Source of the DNA: Ginglymostoma cirratum | Taxonomy: Eukaryota | Direction of reading: 5' to 3' | DNA length: 64,000 nt | NCBI GenBank assembly: GCA_024137785.1 | Contig: JAHRHZ010000105.1 | Span: forward strand, 3,730,192 to 3,794,191 | Shown: piece by piece, positions 13,424-25,790 of the stretch | Numbering within the stretch: position 1 is the stretch's first letter | Layout: each line of letters begins with the position of its first letter | Position numbers and translations under genes: made by a program | The notes under the pieces: generated by a model | The model's database searches: none | What the model saw: the letters and a program-made list of their open reading frames with translations, nothing else | What the model was told of the DNA's origin: nothing

Positions 13424-16344
13424 TGGCATATCTCTTATGTCTTCCATTACAAGTTTATAAGAAAACAATTGGCTGTAGATTTCTAAAGTTTTTAGTTAAT
13501 CCAGGCACCATTTAGAGAGCAACGCTGGCTTAATTCTTTCCTGTCTCCCCTAACCATGCTGATTCTCAGTTAGTTGCACAAGTTTCAGCAACCTTAGTTT
13601 CATAGGAATTACCACTTGCCATTTCAGGCTTGGGCAATTATTAACAATGGAATGTTCAACATGGAAATGTCACAAGTAACCCCAGTCTTGTTCTTGCGCA
13701 GGTTATTTGCACATGGAATTTTATGGGATAAAGCTTTATTCCTCCCTTTCTATAGATTCAAGAGATTGGAAGGCTCTGTACTCACCAGCTCAACTGAAAT
13801 AAGTTAGTTCCACACAGACGCTAAATGGAATCTGTGATCTGTTTCCACTTTAGTTGACTCAGTAGTACGTCAGACAGTCTTTTTACTCATTGCAACAATT
13901 AATGGTTTTAGCTAAGTGTCACTTTCTAGTTGAACGAATTGGATTCCTTGCCCATTTAATAACAAAGTTATTTATGCTGAGTTCAATCTGTTTTTTTTGT
14001 CTCAATTTTCTTTCTTGATTTCTTGATAGCGAACGTTGTTGTTGAAATGCAAATCAATCAGCATTGGCTGCCTTTGGTCAAGTGCTCACACACTAATTGT
14101 GAGTCCAGATAGTAAGTGCCAGCAAGTCATTCAGCAGTAGCATGCATCACACAAAGCTCAATGCAGACATCAGGCATCAGCAATAACTGATATGGGAGCC
14201 GATAAAATAGCTGGTTTACTCTTTCCATGATGCATAAGGTTTGAGGTTGCTGAATTTCCTTTAATACCACCCCAATTATGATTGTGAAATTCAACATAAA
14301 TCAAGGATTGAAGCTGTGACTTGTCCAGCATCTATGGTTCAGTTCCTCACTGATATATACAAGGAACAGATGCTATGCAGATTTTAAAACACAAATGGGC
14401 CAGAATTTTCTGTCAAAATAATAGTGAGACTAATGATGTCTCCATTATTTATATGCAAAAGATACAACTTCAGGCAAGGGGCAGATGTGCAGTTAAACTC
14501 AAAATGCCAAATGTTTCTGTCCCAGTTGTATCATTGCAACATTAATGTTGAACAAATCACATCTCCTGGAGCTAAGGGTCTTAGCAGCTGAAGGCATGGA
14601 TGTTAAAGGTAGAAATGTTAAAATTAGGAAAACAGCACATAAGAGTCCATCTTTGAAAGACCACAGAGATCTCTGAAGTCTGTAGGGCAGAAAGAGGTTA
14701 CAGAGATAGCACATGACCACCTATGATGTTGGGGTCCTGGACTAGTCATTTTTGGAATTGGAGTTTGAATTCAATCAGGGCAAATTGGGGAACTGCATTT
14801 ATTAAGCCAGGGAGGGGAACTTGTGACCCTTACTTGTTTTTGACTAAAGAAGGTGCTGATTCCAATTGTCTGAATTATTCTTTATATCCTTGGGGCAAAA
14901 AGTGCTGCCTTTCCAGCTTCACCCATATCTCAAGAACAAAAAGATAGCTTTTCACTTTTAAATCTCAAGTGTGGATTTATTCTACTTGAGACCTTACCGG
15001 GGGTGATTATCTCGCTCTATCCTGTCCGTTTCTCAGTGGGTGGCTGTATCTCATCACGCAAAGATGACTGCTTTTGATGACAGTGCTCTGCAATGCCTAT
15101 CATTCTGGCCAGTGTCCCCTAGTAATGTGTTATCCACTCACTAGATATCTCATCTGTTGACATTCAGCTCCATGCATTGTGGAAGTGAGACAAAATGCTC
15201 TGAGGAGTGCTCTCACTGCCTGGTGTCTCTCTCCTTGTCACCATAGAAAGCCTGTAGAAAGAAGATAAAACTAAGAAGATTATTTTTCTCCTCATCTAAG
15301 CAGAAAACATTAGAGGCCTTTCTACTTACTTACTTTAAAATGTAAATTATTTTAGAGCGAAAACATTCTCTTCTTTTCGTTTCCGCGGGACCTTTTGTGG
15401 TAACATTTTTCCTGATGAGTTGCTTACTATCTCATACCACATCTCTCAGGTTTAGACCAATTAGGATTTGCAGAACTTTTCAGCAAAATAGGTAGTCTGA
15501 ACGACTGTAGCTTACTGGTCAACATTCACACTTACCTAGTTGAATTTACATTACGTATTATTAGTTACAAATGTGTTAAACATCATATGAAACCTGTCTA
15601 ATGTTCTAGTCAAGATGTTAGCCCATTTGGAATAAGCATACTAATGCCTTCATTTAAATATCAAAATAATATCACACAAGTCTGTTCCATTCATTTCTAA
15701 TATTATGAAGCTCAGTTTCAATCCCTGATATAGTAATAACAGCTCAGCCGACAAATGCATTGCGCAGTGGCTAGGTTCAGTTCCTAGTCTTTGTCAGGTT
15801 AACTGTTTTCTACTCTCTTGAATGTGGAAAGCTAAATTTGGCCTCTGTGTCCTGCGCCTAGGGAAGGAAGAGGGGAAGGAAGTAGACAATGTGCTATTCT
15901 TGATCACCATCCAGAGACTACAGCTGAAATGTGTGCCAGTGTGAATGTTGAGTGAGGACAAGCTAGTGATGATACCTCCTATTATTGACAGATTTGCTGA
16001 CAGGCAATTCCTACAAAGCTAACTTTGGAAGAATGTTCATTTGCCTGAGGCAGACAATGTTTGTGTTGCAGTAAAGAAATGATTTAGAAAGAATTTGTAT
16101 CATCAGTTGCCTTCATGAGAAAAAGGTAGAAATAAGAGATTTTTTTCAGTCAGTGAGGTGGGCTTTGTTGTTGTGTAGGTAATGGTTGTGAAGAGGTTAC
16201 TGTTCATGTTACAGTAGCTGCACCCATTCTACTGATGGCACGCATTCTCGGTGGGTGGAGGCAAGGAGATCTGCTCTAGTTTTGGAGGGAATAGATGTAT
16301 CCATGAGTCCGAGTAACTACATCTGACCAAGTGCATTTGTATTT

Positions 16345-16430
16345 ATTCATAGAATCCCTACAGTTCAGATAGAGGCCATTCAGCCCATCAAATCTGAAGT
16401 GACCCTCTGAAGAACATCCCACCCAGGAGT
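16345..16430 (-). mobile_element. HE1/CR1 3' tail fragment
   Basis: TCATAGAATCCCTACAG...TTCAGCCC...GTGACCCTC...CATCCCACCCAG matches the tail at 13108-13185. Confidence 0.65.
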
Positions 16431-16809
16431 GCATTACAAGAGTGATGTTTGGAAGTAACATAGGCAGGAATGAAGATTTCGACAGCAGAAGAGCTGTGGC
16501 AGGGAGAAGAACAATGTTGTAGAGATAGAAATAACCTATGGTGCCAACAACAATCATTAAGTTAATATTCAGAATTGATCAAAATAAAGAGAATAAAATA
16601 AACAAAATATTTTAAAGTTAACAATGACTTTGATTATTGTGTGAAACCTATTAGGTATGGATGTTGATTCTAACCCACCGGAGTTTAAGTATTAATGTAA
16701 CATTGGGTTTTTTGCATGACCTGTTGGGTAGATTTTTAACTTTGGTGATTGTCTAAAAACTAATGCCATAAATTCGGCAGTCTGTTAAACATTGCTCCCG
16801 AGTTGGGCT

Positions 16810-17550
16810 AAAACAGCCTGTTAACAATCTTGGTGTTACGTTGGACCCTGAGGTAAGCTTTCATGTAACCATGCAATCACTAAAATCACCTATTCCCACC
16901 TTGTGACATTGCCAATCTTCATCACTGCCTCAGCTCTTTTGCCGTGGAAATCATCGTCTATGCCTTTGTTACTTTCACACACGTGGCAGTTTTTAACACA
17001 CTTCTGGCTGACCTCCCACATTCCATCTTCCACAAGTGTGCTATCTTCCAAAACACTGCTACCCAAGTCCTAAATTATACCAAAAATTGTTCACCTGTCA
17101 CTCCTGTGATGTCTGATTTACATTAGCTGCTGGTTAAACGGCACCTCAATTTTAAAATTCTGATCCTCATTTTGAAATGCTTCCACGACCTAGTCCCTCC
17201 CTGTCTCTCTAATCTCCTCCAACCCTTAAACCCTCTGAAATCCTTGCACTCCCCTCATTTTAGCCGCCTGAGAAAACCTGATTTTGATTGCTCCGTCATT
17301 GCTGGCCTTGCCTTCAAATGGCTGGACTGTTAACTCTGGAATTTCCTTGCAATGTCTCTCCCACTCGCTACCTTATTTTCCTCCTTTAAAATACTCCCTA
17401 AAACTTACAACTTTAAGTAAGCTTTTGATTATCCACTGAAGATTTCCTTATGTGACTTGGTGTCATTTTTTATTTTATGATGCCTCTGTGAAGTGTCTAG
17501 TGATATCTTATTACATTAAAGGCACGATATAAATACAGGCTGTTATTGTT
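16810..17550 (+). mobile_element. L2-clade LINE 3' fragment
   Basis: Degenerate NLGV, QNTA and (H)ITPV-DLHW-like C-terminal motifs, then L2-type 3' end TAAAGGCACGATATAAATACAG with (TGT)n. Confidence 0.7.
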
Positions 17551-18319
17551 TAGTTTCTGTTCATTTCAATGGAAATGAAAATCACCAGCTAGGTAGGGCA
17601 GGAAATTCAGTCAATATTGTCTGCTTTGTAATTTTGCTGAAAGTCAAAATCCCCCCTGCCTACTTCTAGATGATGTCAGCTCTTAGGTTCTGTCTGGCAT
17701 GTTTAGCTTAGAAGAGTAACAGAAAGCGTAACTATAAGTTACGAGGTTGGGTTACCAGGAGTTTTTAAGATGATGTGGGTCACAAAACAGATGTGCATTT
17801 TTTCATGCAACAGTAGAACCTTAGTACTGAAAAGTCTGATGACAGTTCTGCGATGGTCCTGTTGATTAAATCCTCTTTCCAGCATGAAAGTGAGTCATAC
17901 AGATGACTAAGGTCCCAAGTCTGATCCAAGGTCTATACTGATTAACGTGATGTCAGCCAGGTCGTATATTTCTGCCACTTGTTTTATCCTCAATGCTGCG
18001 AGGAAAAATCAACTGCTGCTCCTGATCAATCTTAAATGTCTTTCTTTCATTTAGTTGTATCAGGTGATGATAGGGTGTTGCTCAACTGTGATGCCATACA
18101 TGGTTGAATTTCTTTATCAAGCACAAAATTGACTGGTTGGGCAATGCATTAGAAAGCAGCTCATAATGATAGAACTAAATATTATGCAATCAGAGGCAGT
18201 TAAAAAAATTGCAAGAGCAAAAATAAAAAAGACCTGTTCAGTTATTCTGTCATAACATTTCCCCATGAAAAGCAATGTCAAATTGCATTGGACTGTGTCA
18301 AAATTTAGTTAGTAACCAA

Positions 18320-18830
18320 GTGTCAGTTCCCAGCATATCAAGGTGTGGAGCTGGATGAACATAGCAGGCCAAGCAGCATCATAGGAGCAGGGAAATCTCA
18401 GTTGCCAGCACTCCTGTTTCTGAAGGGGAATGTTATTGCTTCAACATCACTCCAAGACTTGAGACCAAAATATAGGCTGATACTTCAGAACAATTCTGAA
18501 AGCATGTTGCAATGTCAGAAGTGACGTTGTGTGGATTAGATATTAAACTGAAGCTTAGACTGCCCTCTCAGTGAATGCTGAATATCCCACGACACAAGAG
18601 AAGTTATTATTTGTCCTAGCTAATTATTATCCCTCAATTAACATCATAAGAACAGATTATTTTCTAATTATCATATTGCTGATTATAAGAGTTTATGGTA
18701 TGCAAATTAACTTCCATGTTTTTTGCATTGCGCCTTTGAATACACTTTGAAAGAATTTCATTAGTTGTAAAATACTCTGGGAAATTTAGTAATCATGACT
18801 GGCACTCCTTATCGGCAAATCTTTTTATCT
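18320..18830 (+). mobile_element. Deu-domain SINE with Penelope-derived insert in its head (18336-18397)
   Basis: TSD-like TCAGTT(C/G)CCAGCA at 18323-18335 and 18398-18410; SINE core and tail follow. Confidence 0.65.
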
Positions 18831-20559
18831 TTCTCATTCAAAACAGGTAAAATCCAAGCCAAAATTTTGAGGTGGTTTAGCTTTACCCTGGGGTAATAAG
18901 CATTGCTTCATTGACAATGCTGGCACCAGTGATATAAACAAATATTAAAAAAAATACTTTTTCTTCACCCACAAGGCAAATAATATGGTTCTTGGGGACA
19001 GGTAGTTTGACACTAATGTCAGTCAGTGCAGCAGACCATACATAAACAAAGCTAAAATTACAAATTCTTGTTTCAACGACAGGGGGAAACAAAACATGAA
19101 GAACGATAGTTAAAACCGCATACGTTTGCATACACTTTAAAATTTAAATGCTGGGAGTGCTTGGTTTCAGATTCCTTTCTCTCATTTCAGATTAGATAAA
19201 AACAATGTACATGTTGTAGCGCCCTCTCCTACACCACTGAAATTAGTGGCCTCTCCTACACCACTGAAATTATGTGGTTTGTATAATCCCAAATTGGTTT
19301 TGATTTCATAATGGTGCAAACCATATAGGATAACTCAGGTTTAAGTTTAGGCATGACGTATGGGCCTACATTATGACAGTATCTACACTGTACAAAACTG
19401 AATAGCATTTGTGACTATGTACATGCATGAAAATACTTTTTTATGAATATTGTATATGGTTGAAATTGTTTAAAAAGTAACCACACTTCGCTAGCTATAC
19501 TGTATTCTAGGATGTCTTCAGTTTATGAAAGGCATTATCTCAATTCAGATTATATCCATCCTTCATTTTTCTTGAAATTAGGTGAACACAGTACCAGCTG
19601 TGATACGTTCCACATTCAAATAGCCTGTGTAGCACCCATTATCGAGGCTCCCACTTGAGTCAGTTGCCAGCATTTAGGAGAGGAGAGAACAAAGCTGGCA
19701 AAAAAAAGTTTCAATAGAAGAAAAAGATACTAACATCCAGATGCTAGTTATCAGACTGTGCCGCATGGAGATTAGAGTTGAGATGCAATGGCCTGATTCT
19801 AATGTCTGTCATTTATCTCCCTCAAGGAAAATGGGAGCATATGCTGTCAGACTTGCAATCTGATCCCTGTCCGATGCATGGACCAGTTCAAAGAAAATGT
19901 TAACAATAAACAGTGCCAGGCTGATTAGTACAAATTCCATTCAATACTGTCTGAATTTCAAACAATTGGTTGTATAAAAGAGAATAATGCATAATTGTTT
20001 CTGACACATACAAAGCTTGACATCAACTAACATAGTCAACTTATCATAGCTCCAACAAATTCCTAGCTAGTGCATAAATGTGCCTTTATACAGTACCTGA
20101 TCAGTCACAAATTGATTGGCCAGTAATTAAGCCTTTTTGAACTAAGGTCATTCTTGATGTGTATGCAAATACATCAGCCAATTTGCACACACATCTGAGA
20201 TGAATGACCAGTTAATCAATCTCTGGTAAAGATAGTTAAAGATATTGTTGGAGCACTATGTTCAGTGTTAGGAGCTGTGATGATAACAAGTGAAGATTCC
20301 ATGGGTAAATTCTTCACTGGGGCTTAGAGCGCAGTTAAGTACTGGAAAGACCGAAGACTCTTGGTCAGCAACTCATTTCCAATCCCTAATATTGAACCAG
20401 ATTGTACACATCTGATTGCCTAATTCTATCCTTGTAATGTCATCCGTTTCCATTCCTGCCTCTGCTCATCTGTTGTTGAAGCTGTCATCCGTGCCTTTGA
20501 TACTTCTGTTGATCATTTCTTCATGCACATCTGGCTGGTCGCTCATCTTCCACCACTGA

Positions 20560-21890
20560 GGGGTTAGTGGGGGAGCAGTTTGGAACCAGTGGCCATAATT
20601 GTATTAGTTTGAAAATTGTTATGGAAAGGGATAGGCCTGATCCAGAAGTTAAAGTTCAAAATTAGGGCAAGCCTAATTTTGATGGTATTAGATGAGAACT
20701 TTCAAAAGTTGGTTGGGGAGGCTGTTTGCAGGTGAAGGGGGGTCTGGCAAGTGGGAGGCTTTCAAAACCAAGATAGAGTTCAGGGCCAGCATGTTCCCAT
20801 TAGCGTGAAGGGCAAGGTTGGCAGGAGAATTAAGAGTCTAATGATGATCTTGAATCCATTGTTGACTGTCAGGAAAAACCCATCTGGTTCACTAATGTCC
20901 TTTAGGGAAGGAAACTACCATCCTTACCTAAGTCTGGCCTACATGTGACTTCAGACCCACAGCAATATGGTTGACTCTTAACTGCCCTCTGGGCAATTAG
21001 GGATGGGCAATAAATGCTGCTTAGCCAGTGACGCCCTCATCTCGTGAATGAATAAAGAAAAACAAAGTACAATGAGAATTTGATCAATTGGGTCATTGGA
21101 CCAACAAATGCCAGATGGAGTTTAATTCAGATAAATGCGCAGTACTGCGTTTTGGCAAGACAATCCAGGGCCGGACTTATACAGTTAATGGTAGGGGACT
21201 GGGGAGTGTTATCAAACAGAGAGACCTAGGAGTGCAGGTACATAATACCTTGAAAGTGACATCAAGGGTACAGAGGTGGTGAAGAAGATGTCTGCATGCT
21301 TGCCTTCATTGGTCAGAGCATTGAGTACAGGAGTTGGGATGTCATGTTACAGCTGTACAATACACTGGTGTTGCCACATTTTGAATACTGCATACAATTC
21401 TGACTGCCCTGCTAATAGGAAGTATATCATTAAACTGGAAAGGATGCAGAAAAAAGATTTACAAGGATTTTACCGAAACTGGATGGTTTGAGTTATAAGG
21501 AGAGGCTGGATAGGCTAGGACTGAAGGGTGACCTTACGGAGCTTATAAAATCGTGGGACGCATGGATAAGGTGAATAGTCAAGGTATTTTCCCCAGGGTA
21601 AGGAAGTCCAAAACTAAAGGTCATAGATTTAAGCCGAGAGGGGAAGGATTTAAAAGGGATCTGAGGGGCAGCTTTTTTGCACAGAACGTGGTACTTTTAT
21701 GGAGCAAACTGCCCAAGGAAATGGTAGAGATGGGTGAAATTACATTTAAATGACATTTGGACAGGTACATGAATAGGAAATGTTTAGAGGGATATGGGGC
21801 CAAACACAAGCAAATGGGACTAGTTAAGTTTAGGAAACCTGGTCGGCATGGACAAGTTGGGCTAAAGGATCTGTTTCTGTGCTGTATACC
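20560..21890 (+). mobile_element. CR1 LINE fragments with a nested SINE-like piece (about 20850-21060)
   Basis: MEFNSDKCAVLRFG...RDLGVQVH and SKTKGHRFK...FFAQNVVLLWSKLP are CR1 ORF2 C-terminal motifs, followed by a CR1 3'UTR. Confidence 0.85.
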
Positions 21891-21894
21891 TAGA

Positions 21895-22350
21895 ATCACA
21901 GCAAACATACACCAAACTGCTATGACTCTGACATTTCTTCTCCATCTCCTGTCCATAAACTATAAGATAACTTCCTCTGCTCCCAACAACTCCCCATCCC
22001 CCGCTACACTTTCCCATGCAATCACAGAAGATGCAGGTTTGCCCCTTTACCTCCTCCCTCCTCACTATCCAAGGCCCCAGGCACACCTTCTGAGTGAAGC
22101 AGTGCTTTGCCTCCATTTCATTCAATCCAGTCTACTGTATTCAGTGCTCACAACCTAGTCTCCTCTAGGGCGATGAAACCAGATGGGGTGACTGCTTTGC
22201 AGAACACCTATGTTCGGTCCACAAAAATGACACTGAGCTTGCACTTGCCTGCTAATTCAACACACCACTGTGTTCCCATGCTAACATTTCTGTCTCAAAC
22301 CTGCTATAGTGTTCCATGAAGCTCAATGCAAGCTGGAGGAACAACACTTC
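21895..22350 (+). mobile_element. Penelope-like element fragment (GIY-YIG endonuclease remnant)
   Basis: Degenerate translation VYCIQCSQPSLL*GDET...FAEHL and KLEEQH, typical of the PLE endonuclease. Confidence 0.7.
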
Positions 22351-22354
22351 ATAC

Positions 22355-23175
22355 AGTCATAAAGTCATATAGCATGGAAACAAACCCTTCAGTCCAACTA
22401 GTCAATTCCAACCATGTTCCCAAACTAAACTAGTCCCACTTGCCTGCATTTAGCCCATACCCCTCCGAACCTTTCCTATTCGTGTACTTATCCAATGTCT
22501 TTTAAATGTTGCAACTGTTTCTCTGGCAGTTCATTCCACACATTGTACTCCAGAAGAGTTCTCACCAACATCCTGTACAACCTCAACATGACATCCCAGC
22601 TCTTATACTCAAAGGTCTGAGCAATGAATGTATGCATGCTAAACACTTTCTTAACCATCCTGTCTACCTGTGATACAAATTTCAAAAAATTATGTACCTG
22701 AAGCCTAGGTCTCTGTTCTACAACACTATCCAGGGGCCTTCAGTAATTGTAAAAGTCCTACCCCTGTTTGTATTACCAAAATGCAATACTTCACAAAGAT
22801 CCAAACTAAATTCCATCTTTCACTCCTCCACCCGTTGACCCAATTGATCAAGATCGTTTTGTTATCTTTGATAACCTTCTTCACTGTGCACTGTACCACT
22901 AATCTTGGTGTCATCTGCAAACTTACTAACCATGCCTCCTGTATTCTAATCCGGATCATTTGGATAAATGACAAACAACAAAAGTCGACCCAGTACCGAA
23001 CGCTGTGGAACACCACTGGTCTGAAAACAATCATTCACCACCACTCTCTGTCTCCTACCGTATAGCCAATTTTGTATCCAATTGGCAAGCTCACCCTGAA
23101 TCCCATGTGATTGAACTTTATTAATTATTCTACCATGCAGAACTTTATTTAAGGCTTTACTAAAGTCCAAGTAAA
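22355..23175 (-). mobile_element. CR1 LINE fragment (RT and 3' end)
   Basis: VYLDFSKALNKVLHGR...WIQNWLYGRRQRVVV...SGVPQRSVLG; 3' tail at 22355-22520. A Penelope-derived end abuts at about 23176-23310. Confidence 0.85.
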
Positions 23176-23422
23176 CAATAAAAACCAAAAGAACTGCGAT
23201 GCTGCAAATCAGGAACAAAAACAGAAGACGCTGGAAAAGTTCAGCGGGTCTGGCAGCATATGTGAAGAAAAAGATCAGAGTTAACATTTTGAGCCCCATG
23301 ACCCTTCTACAAAACTAGAAGCAGAAACAGAACTCACAACTGGCATTTGGTATTTTCTGTAAGATATAGTGCCTACATTTTCAAAGTTAGGAACCTCCTG
23401 CCTGATATAGTACTGCAGTGCA

Positions 23423-23939
23423 GAGATAAAAGGTACTGCAGATGCTGGAGAATCCGAGATAACAAGGTNNNNNNNNNNNNNNNNNNNNNNNNNNNNNNNN
23501 NNNNNNNNNNNNNNNNNNNNNNNNNNNNNNNNNNNNNNNNNNNNNNNNNNNNNNNNNNNNNNNNNNNNNNNNNNNNNNNNNNNNNNNNNNNNNNNNNNNN
23601 NNNNNNNNNNNNNNNNNNNNNNNNNNNNNNNNNNNNNNNNNNNNNNNNNNNNNNNNNNNNNNNNNNNNNNNNNNNNNNNNNNNNNNNNNNNNNNNNNNNN
23701 NNNNNNNNNNNNNNNNNNNNNNNNNNNNNNNNNNNNNNNNNNNNNNNNNNNNNNNNNNNNNNNNNNNNNNNNNNNNNNNNNNNNNNNNNNNNNNNNNNNN
23801 NNNNNNNNNNNNNNNNNNNNNNNNNNNNNNNNNNNNNNNNNNNNNNNNNNNNNNNNNNNNNNNNNNNNAACGTCAAGCTTTCTTGCTCCTATGATGCTGC
23901 TTGGCCTGCTGTGTTCATCCAGCTGTATACCTTGTTATC
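23423..23939. mobile_element. Palindromic Penelope-derived insertion spanning the assembly gap
   Basis: Exact 15-bp TSD TAGTACTGCAGTGCA (23408-23422 and 23940-23954); the ends GATAACAAGGT and ACCTTGTTATC are inverted. Confidence 0.75.
23469..23868. other. Assembly gap (400 N)
   Basis: Run of N. Confidence 1.
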
Positions 23940-24304
23940 TAGTACTGCAGTGCAATTGTGTTGACAGAGTCTTAGGTCACTGAGTTAGTGATAAGAGTTG
24001 TGTGACTATATGTGTATTCATAATGAGTGTCACATTTAGATGGTGTAATTATTGTTTATTTAAATCTCTGTAAATGTTATGTGCAGAATTGTCAGTCAGA
24101 GCTTTAACTGATTTAAAATCCGTGTTGTTGATTTATACAAGTCTATTTGTCTTTGTACTGCAGCACCTTGATGTCTGTATTTGCTTTTGCAATATTGGCC
24201 AATGGCAGAGAAAAAGCAGAACTCCTTGTGTGGATGTTTAAACAAATGCTATTAGTGCAAATGAAATATATAGTACAAGTCCTGTAAAAATAGGGCAGGA
24301 AATA

Positions 24305-24485
24305 AATTGCACTTACACGGCACATTTCACAACATCAGACTGTCCAAAGCAAATTATAATTAATAAAGCATAGTCACTGTTGTAATGTGTGAAAAAAGCA
24401 GCCACTTTTTGCACATAAGATCTCACAAATTACAATGCAATATTGACCAGATCATCTGTTTCACTGATGTTGCTTGAGGGTTAAC
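24305..24485 (-). mobile_element. Deu-SINE 3' half
   Basis: Reverse complement of the SINE tail (TAGTCACTGTTGTAATG...GACCAGATCATCTG). Confidence 0.6.
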
Positions 24486-24504
24486 AGGATGCCTGAGGAA
24501 TCTT

Positions 24505-25058
24505 CACTGCTTTGTTCAGTGAGTAGCAGTCTCACCTCTGAGTCAGGAGACTAAGGGTTCAGGTCCCACCCTACAGACATGAACCCATGACCTAGGCTGA
24601 TATCAGCACAAAATTGAAAGAGCGCTGTATGTTCTTTGTGCTGGATTTTGGGTGAGTTATTAAACTATGTCTATTAAACTATCTGTCCTAGAGAAAGTAG
24701 AAACTGCAGATGCTGGAGAATCTGACATAACAAGGTGAAGAAGGGTCTAGGCCCGAAACGTCAGGTTTCGTGCTCCTCTGATGCTGCTTGGCCTGCTGTG
24801 ATCATTCAACTCTGCACCTTGTTATCGCCATCTGTCCTCTTTGGTAAATGTAAAAGAGAAAGGACAGAGAATTTTCCCTGATTACTCTTATCCCTCAACC
24901 AAGACCAAAACCAAACAATCTCATCATGCAATTAATAGTTGTTTTGTGAGAATTTGCTATGTACAAATTTGCTGCCATATTTCCTGCACTTTAAAATAGG
25001 CTGTTGAAAATGCCCCTAAGTTCATAAATGGCTCTATATAAATGTAAATTTGTTCCTT
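24505..25058 (+). mobile_element. Deu-domain SINE with nested Penelope-derived insert (24690-24829)
   Basis: Head CTCTGAGTCAG...GGTTCAGGTCCCAC; TSD ATCTGTCCT (24681-24689 and 24830-24838). Confidence 0.7.
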
Positions 25059-25454
25059 TAGGTACTGGTTTGGATACCAACTTTTTTGTAAAAAGTTTTG
25101 TTATGTGATATAACTGCTGAGATGTAAGATATATCCTGATATATGGTTTCCCACCTGCTATTATACCAATGGCATTAACCTATTAAATGAGTTAAAGCCT
25201 CTGTTAACCTAGCAGTGAAGTAAATTTCTCTTTGTTTCTACTGTAAAGTGACATTCTTGCATAATTGATGAACCAATGGTAGGAGTGAATGACCTATTGT
25301 AGAGGTGTCTGGCCTAAGACCTGTTGAGGCAATTTCTGAAGCCCACAAGGCCTGTTTTTGTTTATCAATAATTGTTTGGTTTGTCTTGTTTCAATTTTGT
25401 GGGCCTGCAGATTGGGAAATGATTTTTTTAAAGACAGTTTCACTGAGAAATATT

Positions 25455-25790
25455 AAAGTAGTGTGATGGGATAGACATAGAGAGGATGCTTCAATTTATG
25501 AAGGGAATCCAACATTAAGAGCCACAAATATACAATTGTCCCTAATAAATCCACAGAGAATTCAGGAGAAACTGCTTTACACGTAGGGTCATGTGAATAC
25601 AGAACTCAAACCACATGGAGGTAGCTGAGGCAAATATCATAGACAAGAGCTGAAGGGAAGTTAGATAGTGGTATGAGGGAGAATAGATGCTATTAAAGTA
25701 AGATATAAAGATGTGGAAGGAGATCTGTATGGAACATAAACACTAACAAGGACCAGTTAGGCCAAATAACCTGTTTCTATGTTTTAAATA
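25455..25790 (+). mobile_element. Old CR1 3' fragment
   Basis: Degenerate GAGAATTCAGGAGAAAC...GGACCAGTTAGGCCAAATAACCTGTTTCT CR1 3' signature. Confidence 0.55.

Noticed and set aside
23347-23964. 205-aa and 167-aa ORFs
   Set aside because: Artefacts of translating through the N gap.
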